Assembly: GCF_009914755.1 (NCBI RefSeq)
Contig: NC_060925.1
DNA from: the human T2T-CHM13v2.0 reference genome, Homo sapiens
Strand: one strand, 5' to 3'
DNA: 64,000 bases
Below are positions 45,571 to 59,023 of the stretch, one piece after another. Under the pieces are notes generated by a model. It was not told the DNA's origin. It made no database searches and saw only the letters and a program-made list of their open reading frames with translations. The position numbers and the translations under genes were made by a program. Every line of letters begins with the position of its first letter. Position 1 is the first letter of the stretch.

Positions 45571-48500
45571 AGGCCCACCAGACATAACATGAAGTCTAAA
45601 GGCCAAGACATGTCTAAAATTTGGTGTGTCAGTTATTGAATTATTGTTTTATCATCTGGTTGTTTCAGTACGAAAGAAAAATACAAAATAAGTTTATTGA
45701 AAAATATTCAAAAATATAAATTGAAATGAGAACTTTATTTATTTTTTGCCTATAAGATTGTAAAAGTTATGAAGAACAATGTTCTCCATTGTTGCAGAGA
45801 ACATACAGATATGAATTCAACCAAAAGCCTTAAAAGTGTTCATGCTCTGTTTCTGCACTTCTATGTCTATGAATTTATCTTAAATTATTAATTGAGCTTA
45901 CAAAAATATATATTTAAGGAACATTTACCTTAGTATTACTTATAATTGTGGAAAATTGGAAGTGGAAGCAATAATCTATGTCTAACAAATATAATGGTTA
46001 GAGAATTTATATGGATTATAACTTTTAATAATATAATCTTATAATATCATGCAGCACAGTGATTATGATTTGGAGCTCTAAAGTGACAAATATGGAACAT
46101 ATTTCTTTGAAAATGGAAAGTAAGGATTCATATTCTTGTTTCAGAACACAGACCAGTTGTATGACCTTGGATGTATTACTTAACCTATGTCCCTTTCTCC
46201 TTAAAATGGAAATAAGACACACTCAAATGACTTCACATATTTTATATGTGAAGTTCTCTGCATAATTCCAAGCACATATTAAGCTATAATTGAAGATTAG
46301 CTTTTAATAGTATGCCTGATATGACTGTTATATTTATGGATCTGAAATCATATCTATGATGCATTGTTATGTGAATAAAGGCAATAAAATATACAGGGAA
46401 ATTCTGTGTTCAACACAAACTCATACACACGTTCATTGGGTCTTGAAGGTTATTTTAAGAAAATGTTTCCTGTGATTATTGTGATGACCCCATAGATACT
46501 TCCTATTCGTTTTTTGTTTTGCTTATTCAGATTTTCAGATCATAAATATATGCAAATTATTTACTGATTTCTTCTTTAATCAAAACTATGAAAAATAAAC
46601 TGCTTGTTTCATAAAACTGTGAATTGAGTCATTGCTTATTTACCTAGTTTTAGTCAAATAAAATTTAATATTTTTTCAACAAAATGTTTTCACAGAACTG
46701 CGATCCTCTGATTGATTTTGAAGGCCCTCCATAGTGTCTCCAGGATGGTCTCCAATAAGGAAATAGACCTGAAAAAAGAGGGAGATGAACGGCTGGGATC
46801 AGGTTCCCATCCATGTGTAACTAATTATGTGTGCACTGGAAATGATTTTTAAATCTATCATTGATTATTCTCTCCTTAACTAATGACTGAATGAATCATA
46901 TAATTTAAAGATACAGTCATCAATTCTATATTTATTCACATAAATCAGATGAGAAAGCTTCTAGTCTATATTCCAAAGTAATTTAATGAAAGATGCTTTT
47001 ATAAAAGGCCTGTTAGATAACTGAAGGGAAAAGCTGTCTTTTATTTTTCATGTAGTATGTAATAATTCATAAATAGTGTGGAAAAATTGATTCTGAGTAT
47101 ACTGGAGTACAAATAGGAAAATGACATATGGCAAAATAATAACAGAATGTGCCAGTATTTTCAACCTAAAATGTTGATGCCTGTTGGAAATTTTTAAGCT
47201 TCCACTTTCAATTTCCTTTTTTTAAACAAAATTAAATTTTACAAATGAGAACACAGTATAGCATGTAAATATTGACTTACTTCAAATATTTTTAATAAAT
47301 GCTCAAAGCCTAGATTAAGAAAAATGCCTAAATATGAACATATTTAGTTCCACTAACTATTCCAATATCTAATCACTAATAAGATTGTTTTGACAAGGTC
47401 CTATATAACATTTATATTACAGTTCAGCAGCTCTGTAAAACAAAGATTTGCATTATAGAAAATCAACTGAATCTTAAATAGATTGCCAGAGTTACTCACG
47501 CACAGCATTCTGAAACCTCAAAGGAATTTATCACAGGGAACACAGTAATGTATAATCATATTTGTCTTGGCAAGAAACCACAGGATTGTTTTGCTATTGC
47601 TATGACACTAATATATGCAACATTTTATACTACAGTATTTCCTGCATTTGTGCGATGTATGAAATAGACAATATCTGTATAAACTTTTAAATCCATGAAG
47701 TCTTTGTATGGGAGTATCCTAGTGTGAAATTAAAAAAAAAAATCCCATTAAAGAAATGATTGTTGCGGGAGGGAACTAAGTTGTGTGAAGCACCTACTAT
47801 GTGCCGAGAAGTTTATCTGTGATGTGTTAATTCCAACAATTATCCTACAGGGAAACCATCATTGTATCAATTCTTCAGATAAGGAGAGAAGTGATTTGTC
47901 TAACTCCACTTCATTATTATGCAGCTGAACCAGGCTTCAAACCTAGCTGCAAAATCCAAGCTCTCTGTCCACCCATCACTCTGACTACATTCCAGTTCAC
48001 ATTTCACCATGACCACTGTAATCTTATAAAATCTACAAAAGAGTCAATCAATGTAAAGTTCAATTCCTTGGGTCACCATGAGCTCTTTCAGAACATTCCT
48101 ATCCATATAATTTTTTTGGCAGTTGCCATGGGAATTAAACATGGTAATTTTCATCTGTAATAGTACATCCTCATTATAATATTTCTAGATTTTGGAGCTA
48201 TCGTCACTTCTTATCACTTTCACTCAGCTGATGTTTCTGTTAAAAGGGGTGTGCTTTTACATGATGAGCTTCATTGGGTAGTATAGGTTGGTGAAAAGCC
48301 CCTTATCCTAAGTATAAAACTGAATCTTGTAAACTATTCCTATCATTACTTTCCCTTTTTTTTTTTTTTTTTTTGGCAAGAGAGAATTCCCTTTGGTTCA
48401 ATTGATTAGGAGCACATCAACCTAAGAAAAAATAATGCCTGGGTTTAGATGGAAAAAATCATTTCCTCAAAAAGCATTTTCAAATTAGCCAGGAGTGGTT

Positions 48501-50152
48501 ATTGTGGCCTGCTGTACCTGCCTTAATAAAACTATATGGATATTAATTTCCCTTAGATCTACTGGAAATATCCCATTTTCTATCAAATCCTATTCATCCT
48601 TATATTTATTTTTAAATATTTTTGTTCTTTTACCAGATAAAGCCTTTTTCTCTATATTTTCTATATGGCATCAGTTAAAATGGATAATTCATATATTATC
48701 TCCATGTGCTGACCTATGCCAGTCTCATAGACCCAGCACTGGCCCTTGGAGTGAGAATAAGCACAGGCAGGAGAGAGAGAAGGACGACAGAGCTCAGTGC
48801 TTTGCTGTTGGGGTGACTGCAGTCTGACCTATGAGGATCATCTGGAAGGACTGCCAATGCACACCTTATCTGTTAATTACAAAGGAGAGGTATCCGTGAA
48901 GAAAGAACAGGGAAAGGCCATAGATGAAGGATCAGCATATACTATGGGTAGGGGAGAGGGATGGTTTTCTTAGTGACACTCTGGCTGGGAGCCCTTTTCT
49001 ACTGTAAATCATGAGGTGAGATAAGTCCTCTAAATCAGCACCTAACAGCAGACTTTGCCAAATGACATCTCATCAGTCAAAATGGCATAACATGCTGGGC
49101 TTTACTAAGATTTAGTAAGCATCATCTGCAGCATTCAACTGGATTCTTACGATAGCCTTTCCGATTCTTTTGTTCTTCCATGCTGCTCTCTTATTCTCCT
49201 CTCTGAACAAGCCATTTAGGAATTAAACTACTCACTTCCTTAAAGTCCCTTTATGGAAGGACTTTAAGGAAGTCCTTTTTGGAAGGTACTCAATTGCTTA
49301 CAGGATAAGAATCAACTTCTTAATGTTGCATAAAAGATCCTTCATAACATTCATACAAGGTCACACAGAACACTTTTCCATGTATTTATTTCCTAATTGT
49401 ATTTGCTCTCTAATGATTTGTCTATTCATGAACTTTACCAATTAGGATGTTTTCTATATTATAGACATCAACTTTTTGACATGTGTGTTGTTTACATTTT
49501 ATACTTTGTAATTGGCCTTTTATAAATCATTTTAAACTACTCTTGGTAACTTATTTTTTAAAATGCTTGAACATTTTTCCTAGTTAGCAATGCTAAGAAT
49601 GAAGCAGTGATAATGAGTCCCACCTTTATGAAATCTGGAGAGTCTTGTACTTTAACATTTTTGCTGGTATTATCTAGAATTTGTCTCATTTTGTCATCTT
49701 AGATAATTTTCTTTTCTTATATATCTTCTACTTAAATTTTATAGTTTTGTACAGTTTCTGTTACTTTATTTTACCACAGTTAAATCTAATTAAGTTTTAT
49801 ATTTAAATGGTTTCTATTCTTTCTGCCAATTCATTCATATCCTAATTTGATCTCTAGTTACTGGTATATTACTCAGTTAATTGCTAAACATTTTCTGTAC
49901 TTTTTTTGTGATTAGTTTAATTCCTAAATTCTTGCATAGCTGATATTTTATGGTTATTTTAATACTTAAATGACCTTTTGGGTGGAAATAGGATTATGTC
50001 ACAAACTAATTCCTTGAAAATTCTGAAGACATTACTCCATCTAGAATAGATAGAGTAGGATAGAGCTTGCATCCAATGTTATGCAGACACAAGTCTGAGA
50101 CCAGCATGCTATCAGCCTTGGGTAGGTAAACAACTCTTTCTGTCATTGTGGT

Positions 50153-50775
50153 TGTGTTAGTTTTCACTAGGTAATGCTATATACCTAGTATATATACAGT
50201 GTATGTATATATACAGTGTGTGTAATACTATATACCTAGTATATACACAGTGTGTGTATATATATATAGTGTGTGTGTATATATATATATAGTGTGTGTG
50301 TATATATACAGTGTGTGTATATACACAGTGTGTGTGTGTATATATACTAGGTATATAGTATTACCTAGTACTATATATATACATATATATGTATATATAT
50401 ACTGTATAACAACCCAAAAGGCTCAGTGGCTTCCAACAATAATATTTATTTCATCCTCATACTACATGTTGTTGGCCAGGTTCTATGGATCTGCTCTAGG
50501 CCACAGGTTGGGGGCAGGTTGGCTTCTCCTGTCTTTCCATTTTACAGCCCAGGCTGAGGCAGCAGTACTTGTCTGGAAAATGATCTTTTCCTGCAAGAAG
50601 GCAGAAGCAAGAATACCGGCAGAAACTCGTGACAGCTCTACATGTTTCTGATTAATGAAATTTATATCAGGTCTATTCACATGTTCTTGACCAAGTCCAA
50701 AGTAACTGGAGTAGGAAGAACACTCTGCCTAAGGAAGGAAATAGCTAACAACTGGGAACAATACTACTACCTATC
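50153..50775 (-). mobile_element. MLT1J/K/L-like LTR interrupted by a TA/TG expansion
   Basis: ctcagtggcttccaacaataatatttatttc...cacatgttcttgaccaagtcc. Confidence 0.55.
50170..50405. repeat. (TA)n/(TG)n low-complexity tract
   Basis: Read directly from the sequence. Confidence 0.9.
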
Positions 50776-51134
50776 ACGGAATTTATAGGGTTCTTTCTCC
50801 AGTACTGAAATTCAAAAATTTCACTGAGAAACATCTAATTCCAATATATATATTTCAATAGTTGTTTTGTATCTGTTTAACCCTTCCAGCTTAAAGATTC
50901 AGGTATTTATTTGGAAGAAAATTTCCTTTAAAGTATATTTCTGAATATTGCTATTGCCCCATTTATCATCTTCTTCAGATACAATGATTCATATGTTAGG
51001 TTTCTGTGGTATGTCCTCCATATCTATGATCTTTTCTCAGATATCAATTTAATTCTCATTTTTTATTATAAAACCTGTCAGTAATATAACCGTCAACATT
51101 TTCCAGTGTGGACTTTGTTCTTTATGGTTTCTAG

Positions 51135-51588
<454 letters not shown>

Positions 51589-53150
51589 AAATTTCTTGTA
51601 ATCTTTTTCTTTTTCTTAATGCTCTATTAAAATATCTCTTTCTCTCTATTCTGTGTCATTTTAAAGGATTTAAGTTCTTGTCCTAATTATTCATGCTTGA
51701 AATAGGACAGATTTAGCTCAGTTGATTTTCCTAAAATGAATGGGAAAAGATTCATCAGTTATCTCTTAATGATAACCATGAATTGCTAGGGAATCCTCCA
51801 CTTAGATCCTGAGCAGAAGAGCTGGAGGATGTAGTTTTATGTCATCAGTCTGAATGGATTGTGAGAAGCTAAGACCATGAGCATTTTCAGGAAGGTCACT
51901 TTGTTTCTATACAATTTTTTGTTGTTTGTTGAAACCAGGAAGACTACTGATTAGTTCAGTCTAACTTCTATTCCAGGAGTATGTGCAATCCTTGGAGGCA
52001 GCTTTTGGTTTTGGCCAAAGGTAACTTCCCATCCAGGTGTGGGGTACCTATCCAGTTCACAAAAGGTTTCCTTCATCTGGCATGAACCCCTAATAGTGAG
52101 AAGCCTAATCCAAGGACAGCTTCTTGTCTGAGAGCTTTCTTTGGGTAGTTGCTTATTTGCTAACTCTGTCTCAAAATGGTGTTGATCCAAGGTGTTGAGA
52201 CGTTCTGTAAATGAAACGGACTCCTTATTCTGTTAGAGATTGCTCCTAGCTGCCATTCTCACTCTGGAATTTTGGGACATTATTGAGGCTGCACAGAATT
52301 TTAGCTACCTGTACAGCACTGTAGTTCTTTAGGAGCAAAGGAAAAATGGAATTGTCCTTTGTGGGATTTCCTAAAACTGGATTTATTTATACCATATCTA
52401 GTCAAAATGCCAAAAAAAATTTACTGTAGTTTTCACTCTTGGTGACACAGCTATAAAGATATTAATTCCTACATTATTTTTGATAATATAGGAGTGTAAA
52501 AGTAATGAAATGTAAACGTCTCCATCTCTATTTCCTAGAAAGAGTCAGAAATTTGTTTCTTGGACTCCTAAGGATAATTAATATAGTTTTTGTGTCTTGG
52601 AGATATCCTGAAGCCAGCAACACCAGTGCTTTATTTGAGATATGTGGGCCATTGAAGACTAGAGCCAGAAAAGCATGAATTTGAGAGAAAGGGATGGTGT
52701 GACCCATGAGGAGATTTGGATCCCTGGGTCCTTGGGTGGATGGGGGGTTTGTGGATCCTGTAAATGACAAGCACCTGCACACAGCTCATATGAAAGGCCC
52801 CAGGGCTAATGGTACCTAAAATGGGGATGGCTGCAGGTGCCACAGGAAGCTGAACCCTGGGCATGAAGGTGTGAGAGCTATCGCCAAGATTTCCATGCAC
52901 AATTTGGCACAGAAAAACCAAACACTTTCAGAAAGGTTGTGTGAGCCCTAAGGAAGTACAGGGTTTTAAATTACCCTGGGGGAGTTTTTCTGAGGGCCTT
53001 TTGTCAATCTGAACATATCAGCAGTCAATCCAATGAGGAAGCACTGGAACCTCCTTAGAGAGCAGCTTAAATAATTGAAAAAATTTTTAAAAGATAATGA
53101 TTTTCAGTCATAAAATTATTCAGGAATAATATAGTATTTCATTGTAGAAA

Positions 53151-53225
53151 GAAGGAAAAGAAGGAAGGAAGAAAGGAAAGAAGAAAGGAAGGAAGGGAAG
53201 GAGGGACAGAGGGAGGAAGGAAGGG
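53151..53225. repeat. GA-rich (GGAA)n tract
   Basis: Read directly from the sequence. Confidence 0.9.
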
Positions 53226-53305
53226 TCAGGAATGTGGATAAGGTCATGGTCCACTAACCTCAGTTGCCTCCTTAAGTTTAAGCATTGCTCTGACTGGTGT
53301 CTGTT

Positions 53306-53445
53306 TCCCCCTCCCCTCCCTTCCCTTCCCTTTCCCTCCCTTCCCCTCCCTTCCCCTCCCTTCCCCCTCCCTCCCTTCCCCTCCCTTCCCCGCCTCCCCT
53401 CCCTTCCCTTCCTTCTTTCTGTTCTTTATTCTTTTCTTTTCTTTG
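53306..53445. repeat. CT-rich (CCCTT/CCCCT)n tract
   Basis: Read directly from the sequence. Confidence 0.9.
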
Positions 53446-54468
53446 TTTCTCTCATCCACATGTTCCTTTCTATACTACTAAAGAAAAATAGATGGTATTT
53501 CGCATAATTGATTTTATTATATATACATTTAATATACATATAAAGTCTTTTTTAAAAAAACTTTCTGATATATATTGGAAAACTTTCCATGTTTTGATTT
53601 ACCTCATCCATCTTAGCTGTTAAATAATAATTATAGTTATGATTATTAAGGGTTTCACTGGTACCAGACACAGTTTAAGTGCTTTTACCATTAACTTATT
53701 GAACTCATATGATGATCAGTTTATGAAAGAGAAAACCAAATCACCAAGCATTTAAGTGAGTTGCCTAAGGTCAAAATTATCCAAAATTCTCAGCTAGTTT
53801 GCATCCAGAACCTACGAGCAGAAGCACTACACTACAATGCACTGGATCCCATTGATTTAATAATTCACTGCTCATATATATTTTAGCTTATATATTTTAA
53901 TATGACAAGCAGTCATAAAAAAGTTACTAGTAACCTGAATATTTAGTGGACGTTGGGATGCAATGGGCCAGTTTCCACAGATGATTAATTCTTTTCACAA
54001 ACCAAATGTAATGAATGTTCAGATAGATATACTTGTCTTCCAGAAAAATCAGGACTTTTCCTCATAAACTATGGTAATTAACTATATGAAAAACTCCTAT
54101 AATTAAGGGATAAATTGCTGGCATAAAAATAACGAATACTTGTATGCTATACTATAATTACACTGCAGCTTACAGTTTATCAAACATGTACTTTGAACAT
54201 AAAAGGTTATATAAGTACATAACTTCTAAACGAAACCCTTTGCCTTCTCCATACAAAAGTGACAACCAGAAAATGACAGCTTGGCATAATAATGCTAACT
54301 CTTGGCCATACTTGCAGACCAAACTTTCACACCAGACTCCCTTACTTTTTTCAGAGGGCCAGCTTTAACGTCTAATGTCACTCTCCAACTATCAGTTATT
54401 AAGATCAAAGTACTGGGAAGAATTTTGCATTTACTTGTTTACTAGTATGAGCCATAATGAATCCAATA

Positions 54469-55067
54469 AGGTGAGTACTCAGTGATGTTGACAGGCCTCT
54501 TGGAAATGAAGTTTAAGTAGAATGAAGTATAATGAAACCAATTTGACCACAGGCTAATTGATATAAACAGGAATTAAGTTTCTATGGCATATTTCTGGTC
54601 ATAAAGACATCACCAAACTTCTAAATAAAGACCAAAATGTTTCTAGTATAAAACATTGGAATAAATGTGATTATACATACATTTAAGAAAGATTAATAAA
54701 AACAAGCATGATAATTATCTGCCCAATTATTTCAGTTCAGGGTAGCAGATGGCCAGATCCTAGCATAGCCACTCAGGGCACAAGGCAGTAACCAGCCCCG
54801 GACAGGATGCCATCCCACAGCAGGTGCACTAACACGCGCACATCACACTCACCCACACTGGGACCATTTAAACATGCCACTTCACCTAATAGGTACATCT
54901 TAGGGAGGTGGGAGGAAAACAGGGTAGAAAAGCCATGCAGATATGGGGAGAATGTGCAAACTCCACACAGACAGCAGCCCTAGCCAGAGAGTGTTTTTTT
55001 TTTTTTTTCTCATCGGTGTTAGAAAGAAATGATATTGAATGAAACGATGTAATTCAAAGACCTGCTG
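54469..55067. mobile_element. MER82 (Tigger-type DNA transposon)
   Basis: ggctaattgatataaaca...catcaccaaacttctaaataaagacc...ggggagaatgtgcaaactccacacagacag...gacctgctg. Confidence 0.85.
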
Positions 55068-55856
55068 TGTATTTATCCCAAATGCTCCTTATCACACACA
55101 CAAAGAGAAAGCTATTGTAGGCTTTCCTTAAGTGGTAGCCTTCCTCCCTTTCTGCCTGATGAACACAAATACATGTCCTCTCAGCAGCACAGTTACAAAG
55201 GCAAGCCTGAGATGTATTCTCAGCACCTGGCCTTGTGGTCATCCCATGCTCTGTGTGAGTGCAGGGGACAGAACTTGCACTGTGCAGACAGCATTCTGCC
55301 TGGGAACAGGAATAAAAAGATGGGAGAGTAAAGCTGGAGCTCAGCAGGGTGTGGTGCCAATGCACTATAGTGAGTAAGGGGGAAACCAAATCAGATTCAA
55401 ACCATTTTTATTTCCTAGCTACCGGAGTGAAAACAGAGCACATAAATTTGTTATGAACCTAAAAATTAATAAAAGAAACATGCCACTTAACCTAATATGT
55501 ACATGAATACATATATTAATGAATACTCATCTGTAACAATTTATAGATGAATAGAATTTTTTTGCTTTTACTGTCTAATATTTCAAAGCTCACTATAAAT
55601 AAAAATGAACTAGCATAACATCAACAAGAACCTTTTAAATAATTTAATAGATACAATGATGTAATGATATATATGAATATTTGGCAATACTAGAAAGCTA
55701 CCAAAAAACACTCATGCAAATAAATGTTAAAAAGTAGATGGCAGTGATTATTATTGAAGTTAATTTCAGAGGTATACAAAATGAAAAGGTTGTAATAGTT
55801 ACCCTGACCATATTATTCAAAATATGTCTAAGATCTCTTCCTATATTTCACAACCC

Positions 55857-56172
55857 TTTTTTTTTTTAGAGATGGGGTCAGGGATGGGTTCTCCATCTGT
55901 TGCCCAGGCTGGAGTACAGTGGTGTGATCATAGTGCACTGCAGCCTTGAACTCCTGGGCTCAAGCAATCCTCCTATCTCAGCCTCCTGAGTCTCTAGTAC
56001 TACAGGCACATGCCACCGCACCTGGCTAATTTTTATTTTGTATTTTTTGTAGAAATGGAGTCTCACTATTGTTACAGCCCAGGGTGGTCTCGAAATCCTG
56101 ACCTCAAGCGATCCTTCCACCTTAGCCTCCCAAAGCGCTGGGATTACAAGCATGAACCACTATCCCTGGGCT
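55857..56172 (-). mobile_element. AluJ
   Basis: AluJ diagnostics gatcatagtgcactgcagccttgaactcctgggctcaagcaatcctcc. Confidence 0.9.
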
Positions 56173-56394
56173 AAATTCTACTATTTTTAAACTTTATTTA
56201 GTAAGTTAAACAAGACCTAATTTTGTACAGATCATTCAGCTTTTAAATGTATTTTCTTACATAGGTATGTGTCTCAAAACATTACATTGTATAATTTTTC
56301 TCAGCTGCTTATCAATGATCTGGACTTTTGCAAATTTCTTAACCATTTGGAAGTTCAGTTTTCTTAACTGTAAAATGGGAATATGCATTATAAT

Positions 56395-56838
56395 AGGATA
56401 TTAGCTAAGTCACTATAGAAAAGAAATTAGAACAATTCAATGGCTTAGAGGAGAAAGTAGTTCACTTCTTTCTCAGAACCATCTAGGCTGGGTGAAATCT
56501 GCTCCGTAAGCTCATCCAGGGACCCAGACTACAGGATAGATTGGTCATCTTACAAAGTGATTTCCAAGGTTGCTCCAGTCATTACCTTTTTCATTTGGTG
56601 AGAAGGGGTAGGGAATGTCCAGGGCAAGAGTCTTCAAAGAGATAAATCAGAGGTTGAACTTATCCCTTCTGCTGACATTCCATTTGTCTAAACTTGGTCT
56701 CATGGTTACACCTAACTGCAAGGGAAGCTGGGAAATATAGATTGTAGCTGGGCAGTCATGAATATAGCTAAAATTAGGGAATTCAATTACTAAAAGGAAG
56801 AAGGTGAGAAGGAATACTAAATATTAGCAGTTTTTACC
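56395..56838 (-). mobile_element. MLT1J/K-like LTR splitting a MIR (56310-57000)
   Basis: catccagggacccagact...ttctgctgacattccatt...acctaactgcaagggaagctgggaaatatag, with MIR halves on both sides. Confidence 0.7.
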
Positions 56839-57059
56839 ATTATAATGAGGATCATGTTTAAAAATTGCTGTGAGGACTGAAATTGTATTTGTAGAGCACA
56901 GAAGTATTTTGTGGAATTTATATAAACCATCAGCACAGGACTTGACACATACTGATGATCATTAAATGGTAGTCATTATTAGTGTTAGTATATTATTATT
57001 ATTAAGTACTTCTATCCTTACCTGAATGCTTGAATTCTCTCCAAAGTACCATGGACAAG

Positions 57060-58000
57060 TAATTATTTAGCTATTCTGGAATTCCTATAGTAAAAGGAAA
57101 TTTTATCTCTCTTATGGCAGCCATTTCATTTTCAGAGTTTTTTCTTCTTTCTAGCCATTATTTATCTTCTTACACTCACTTTTCTTTGTTTTGTCCTAAC
57201 TGTTATCTCAGACACCCTCCAGAACAAATCTCATCCCTCTGTCATACAAGAGCCCTTCAGATTCTTATGGGAAGCTATTGCTTCTTTCATGAGTTTTCTT
57301 TAAGCACGTTTTTGTTCCTGCAACAGTCCCTCATAATCCATGATGTTGAGTACATCCCAAAAACATTAATTCACTCATTTAACAAATATTTATTGAGTAT
57401 CAACTATTTTATCAATGCCCACTTTAAAACTGTGTTGTCAAGATCAGTACATAATATTCAGAGTTGGTCTGACCAGAGCCTAGCAATGCACACCATCAAT
57501 CCCCTCATTCAGGGTATCATTTTCCCCAAGTGGGCCTTAAGATCATTTAACTCTTTTGGCAGCCTTATCATGCTGTTGACACGTGTTGACTTGGTGCCTA
57601 TTACACCCCAAGCCTTTTTCATTTGTGCAATTAACCTGGATGTACCCTACTTTACACGTGAAGTTTTTAAAAAATCCAAATACAAAATGTTTCCTTTATT
57701 TCTAGTTAATTATGAATTGTATCTTATTGCAGTCACTGAAGAATTTTTATTCCTTCATTGAATATGTTAATTATCTCTCACAGATTTACACAATCAGAAC
57801 ACCTGATTAGTGTGTAACTGACTCCTCAGCTAAGATATTGACCAAATGTGGAACTGAACAGGACCGAAGAGAAGCCAGTAGTAGCCCTCAGAGCAACCAT
57901 TTAACTAGTTACAAATGCACATAACTGCACCAGCATTTAGGAAATATTATCCTATGTGGTTCACAAAAGTCTCAAGAAAAGTATTTACCTGGTTTCTGTG
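57060..58000 (-). mobile_element. L3/CR1 antisense fragments with a short L2 tail
   Basis: ttttggcagcc...atgctgttgac...attacaccccaagcctttttc phrases typical of antisense L3, plus cattcactcatttaacaaatatttattgag. Confidence 0.55.
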
Positions 58001-58398
58001 CTCACTGCCATGCCTAATGAGGCCTTGGCCTACCAGTCCAAGTGCTACCCTCTGGCTGCATTCAGCCCAATGGAGTCTCAGAATCTCCCTGATTAGGAGA
58101 GCACGACTGGTGTTTTCCTGATATCAGACCTTTGTGCACTGAGATTCAACAAATATTTATTGAACTGTGAATGTGTGCCAGGCATTGTGCTGAGTACTTT
58201 CTCATATAAATGGAGCATGGAAGATGTGGAATATATTTTGTAAAAAATGCATATATCCTCAAGTAAAACTATTTTATTTTTCCTATGTGTGAGACCAGTA
58301 CACAATGTTCCTTATTTAGAAACTACAGCAAAGTACTAAATGGATTTCACACACAGGTACTCCTCAGCTTTTAGCATGAGGAAGACAAACAGATATTT

Positions 58399-58698
58399 TA
58401 TTTTTTGATACGGAGTCTCACTCTGTTGCGTAAGCTGGACTGCAGTGGCATGATCTTGGCTCATTGCAACCTTTTCCTCCAGGTTCAAGTGATTCTGGTG
58501 CCTCAGCCTCCCAAGTAGCTGGGACTACAGGTGCATGCCACCACGTCCAGCTAATTTTTGTATTTTTTTGGTAAAGATGAGGTTTCTCCATGTTGGCCAG
58601 GCTGGTCTTGAACTCCTGGTTTCAAGTGATCTGCCTGCCTTGGCCTCCCAAAGAGCTGGGATTGATTACAGGCCAGGTGTAAGCCATTGTGACCGGCC
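58399..58698 (-). mobile_element. Alu (old AluS/J)
   Basis: Full dimer. TSD acaaacagat at 58385-58394 and 58700-58709. Confidence 0.9.
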
Positions 58699-58888
58699 TA
58701 CAAACAGATTTTTTAAATGTGATATATATTTTTCTATGATTATCTCTTTAGTGGCTAAATTCTTGCTAAATATCACATTACACTAAGTAAATCAACATAA
58801 ACTGTGTGGACATGCTCCAGATATACATACAGGAATAATGATTCATTTGCTCTAGTTATTATAATTTAGAATTTAAATTGTGAGTCAC

Positions 58889-59023
58889 CTGTACAGATGT
58901 TACCTTTTCCAAAGGACTTTCTACTCGAGGAATGCTGATCATTGGCATCTGTGCCAGATTATCCATGTGTATATGCTCATTTTCTGCTTGTCTCCCTTTG
59001 AAATTATTCACCACGCACACAAC
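58889..59023 (-). CDS. PLPPR5: PLPPR5 penultimate coding exon (135 nt long form; 120 nt short form ends at 58904)
   Basis: Minus strand reads ttctgaaattttag|GTT GTG TGC...GAA AAG|gtaaca (donor 1) or ...GTA ACA TCT GTA CAG|gtgact (donor 2). Phase-0 open frame VVCVVNNFKGRQAENEHIHMDNLAQMPMISIPRVESPLEK(VTSVQ), recognised as the PLPPR5 C-terminal region. It splices in frame to the exon at 37197. Confidence 0.96.

Noticed and set aside
55219-55240. REST/RE1-like tcagcacc
   Set aside because: Only the left half-site is present, with no GGACAG half at canonical spacing.
57114-57761. Longest ORF (215 aa, plus strand)
   Set aside because: It overlaps antisense L3/L2 remnants (the IHSFNKYLLS stretch is an L2 tail), has F/L/S/I-rich composition with no recognisable domain, and is antisense to the PLPPR5 intron.
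58881-58887. AP-1 motif TGAGTCA
   Set aside because: It is largely the reverse complement of the distal splice donor (gtgactca), so its presence needs no other explanation.
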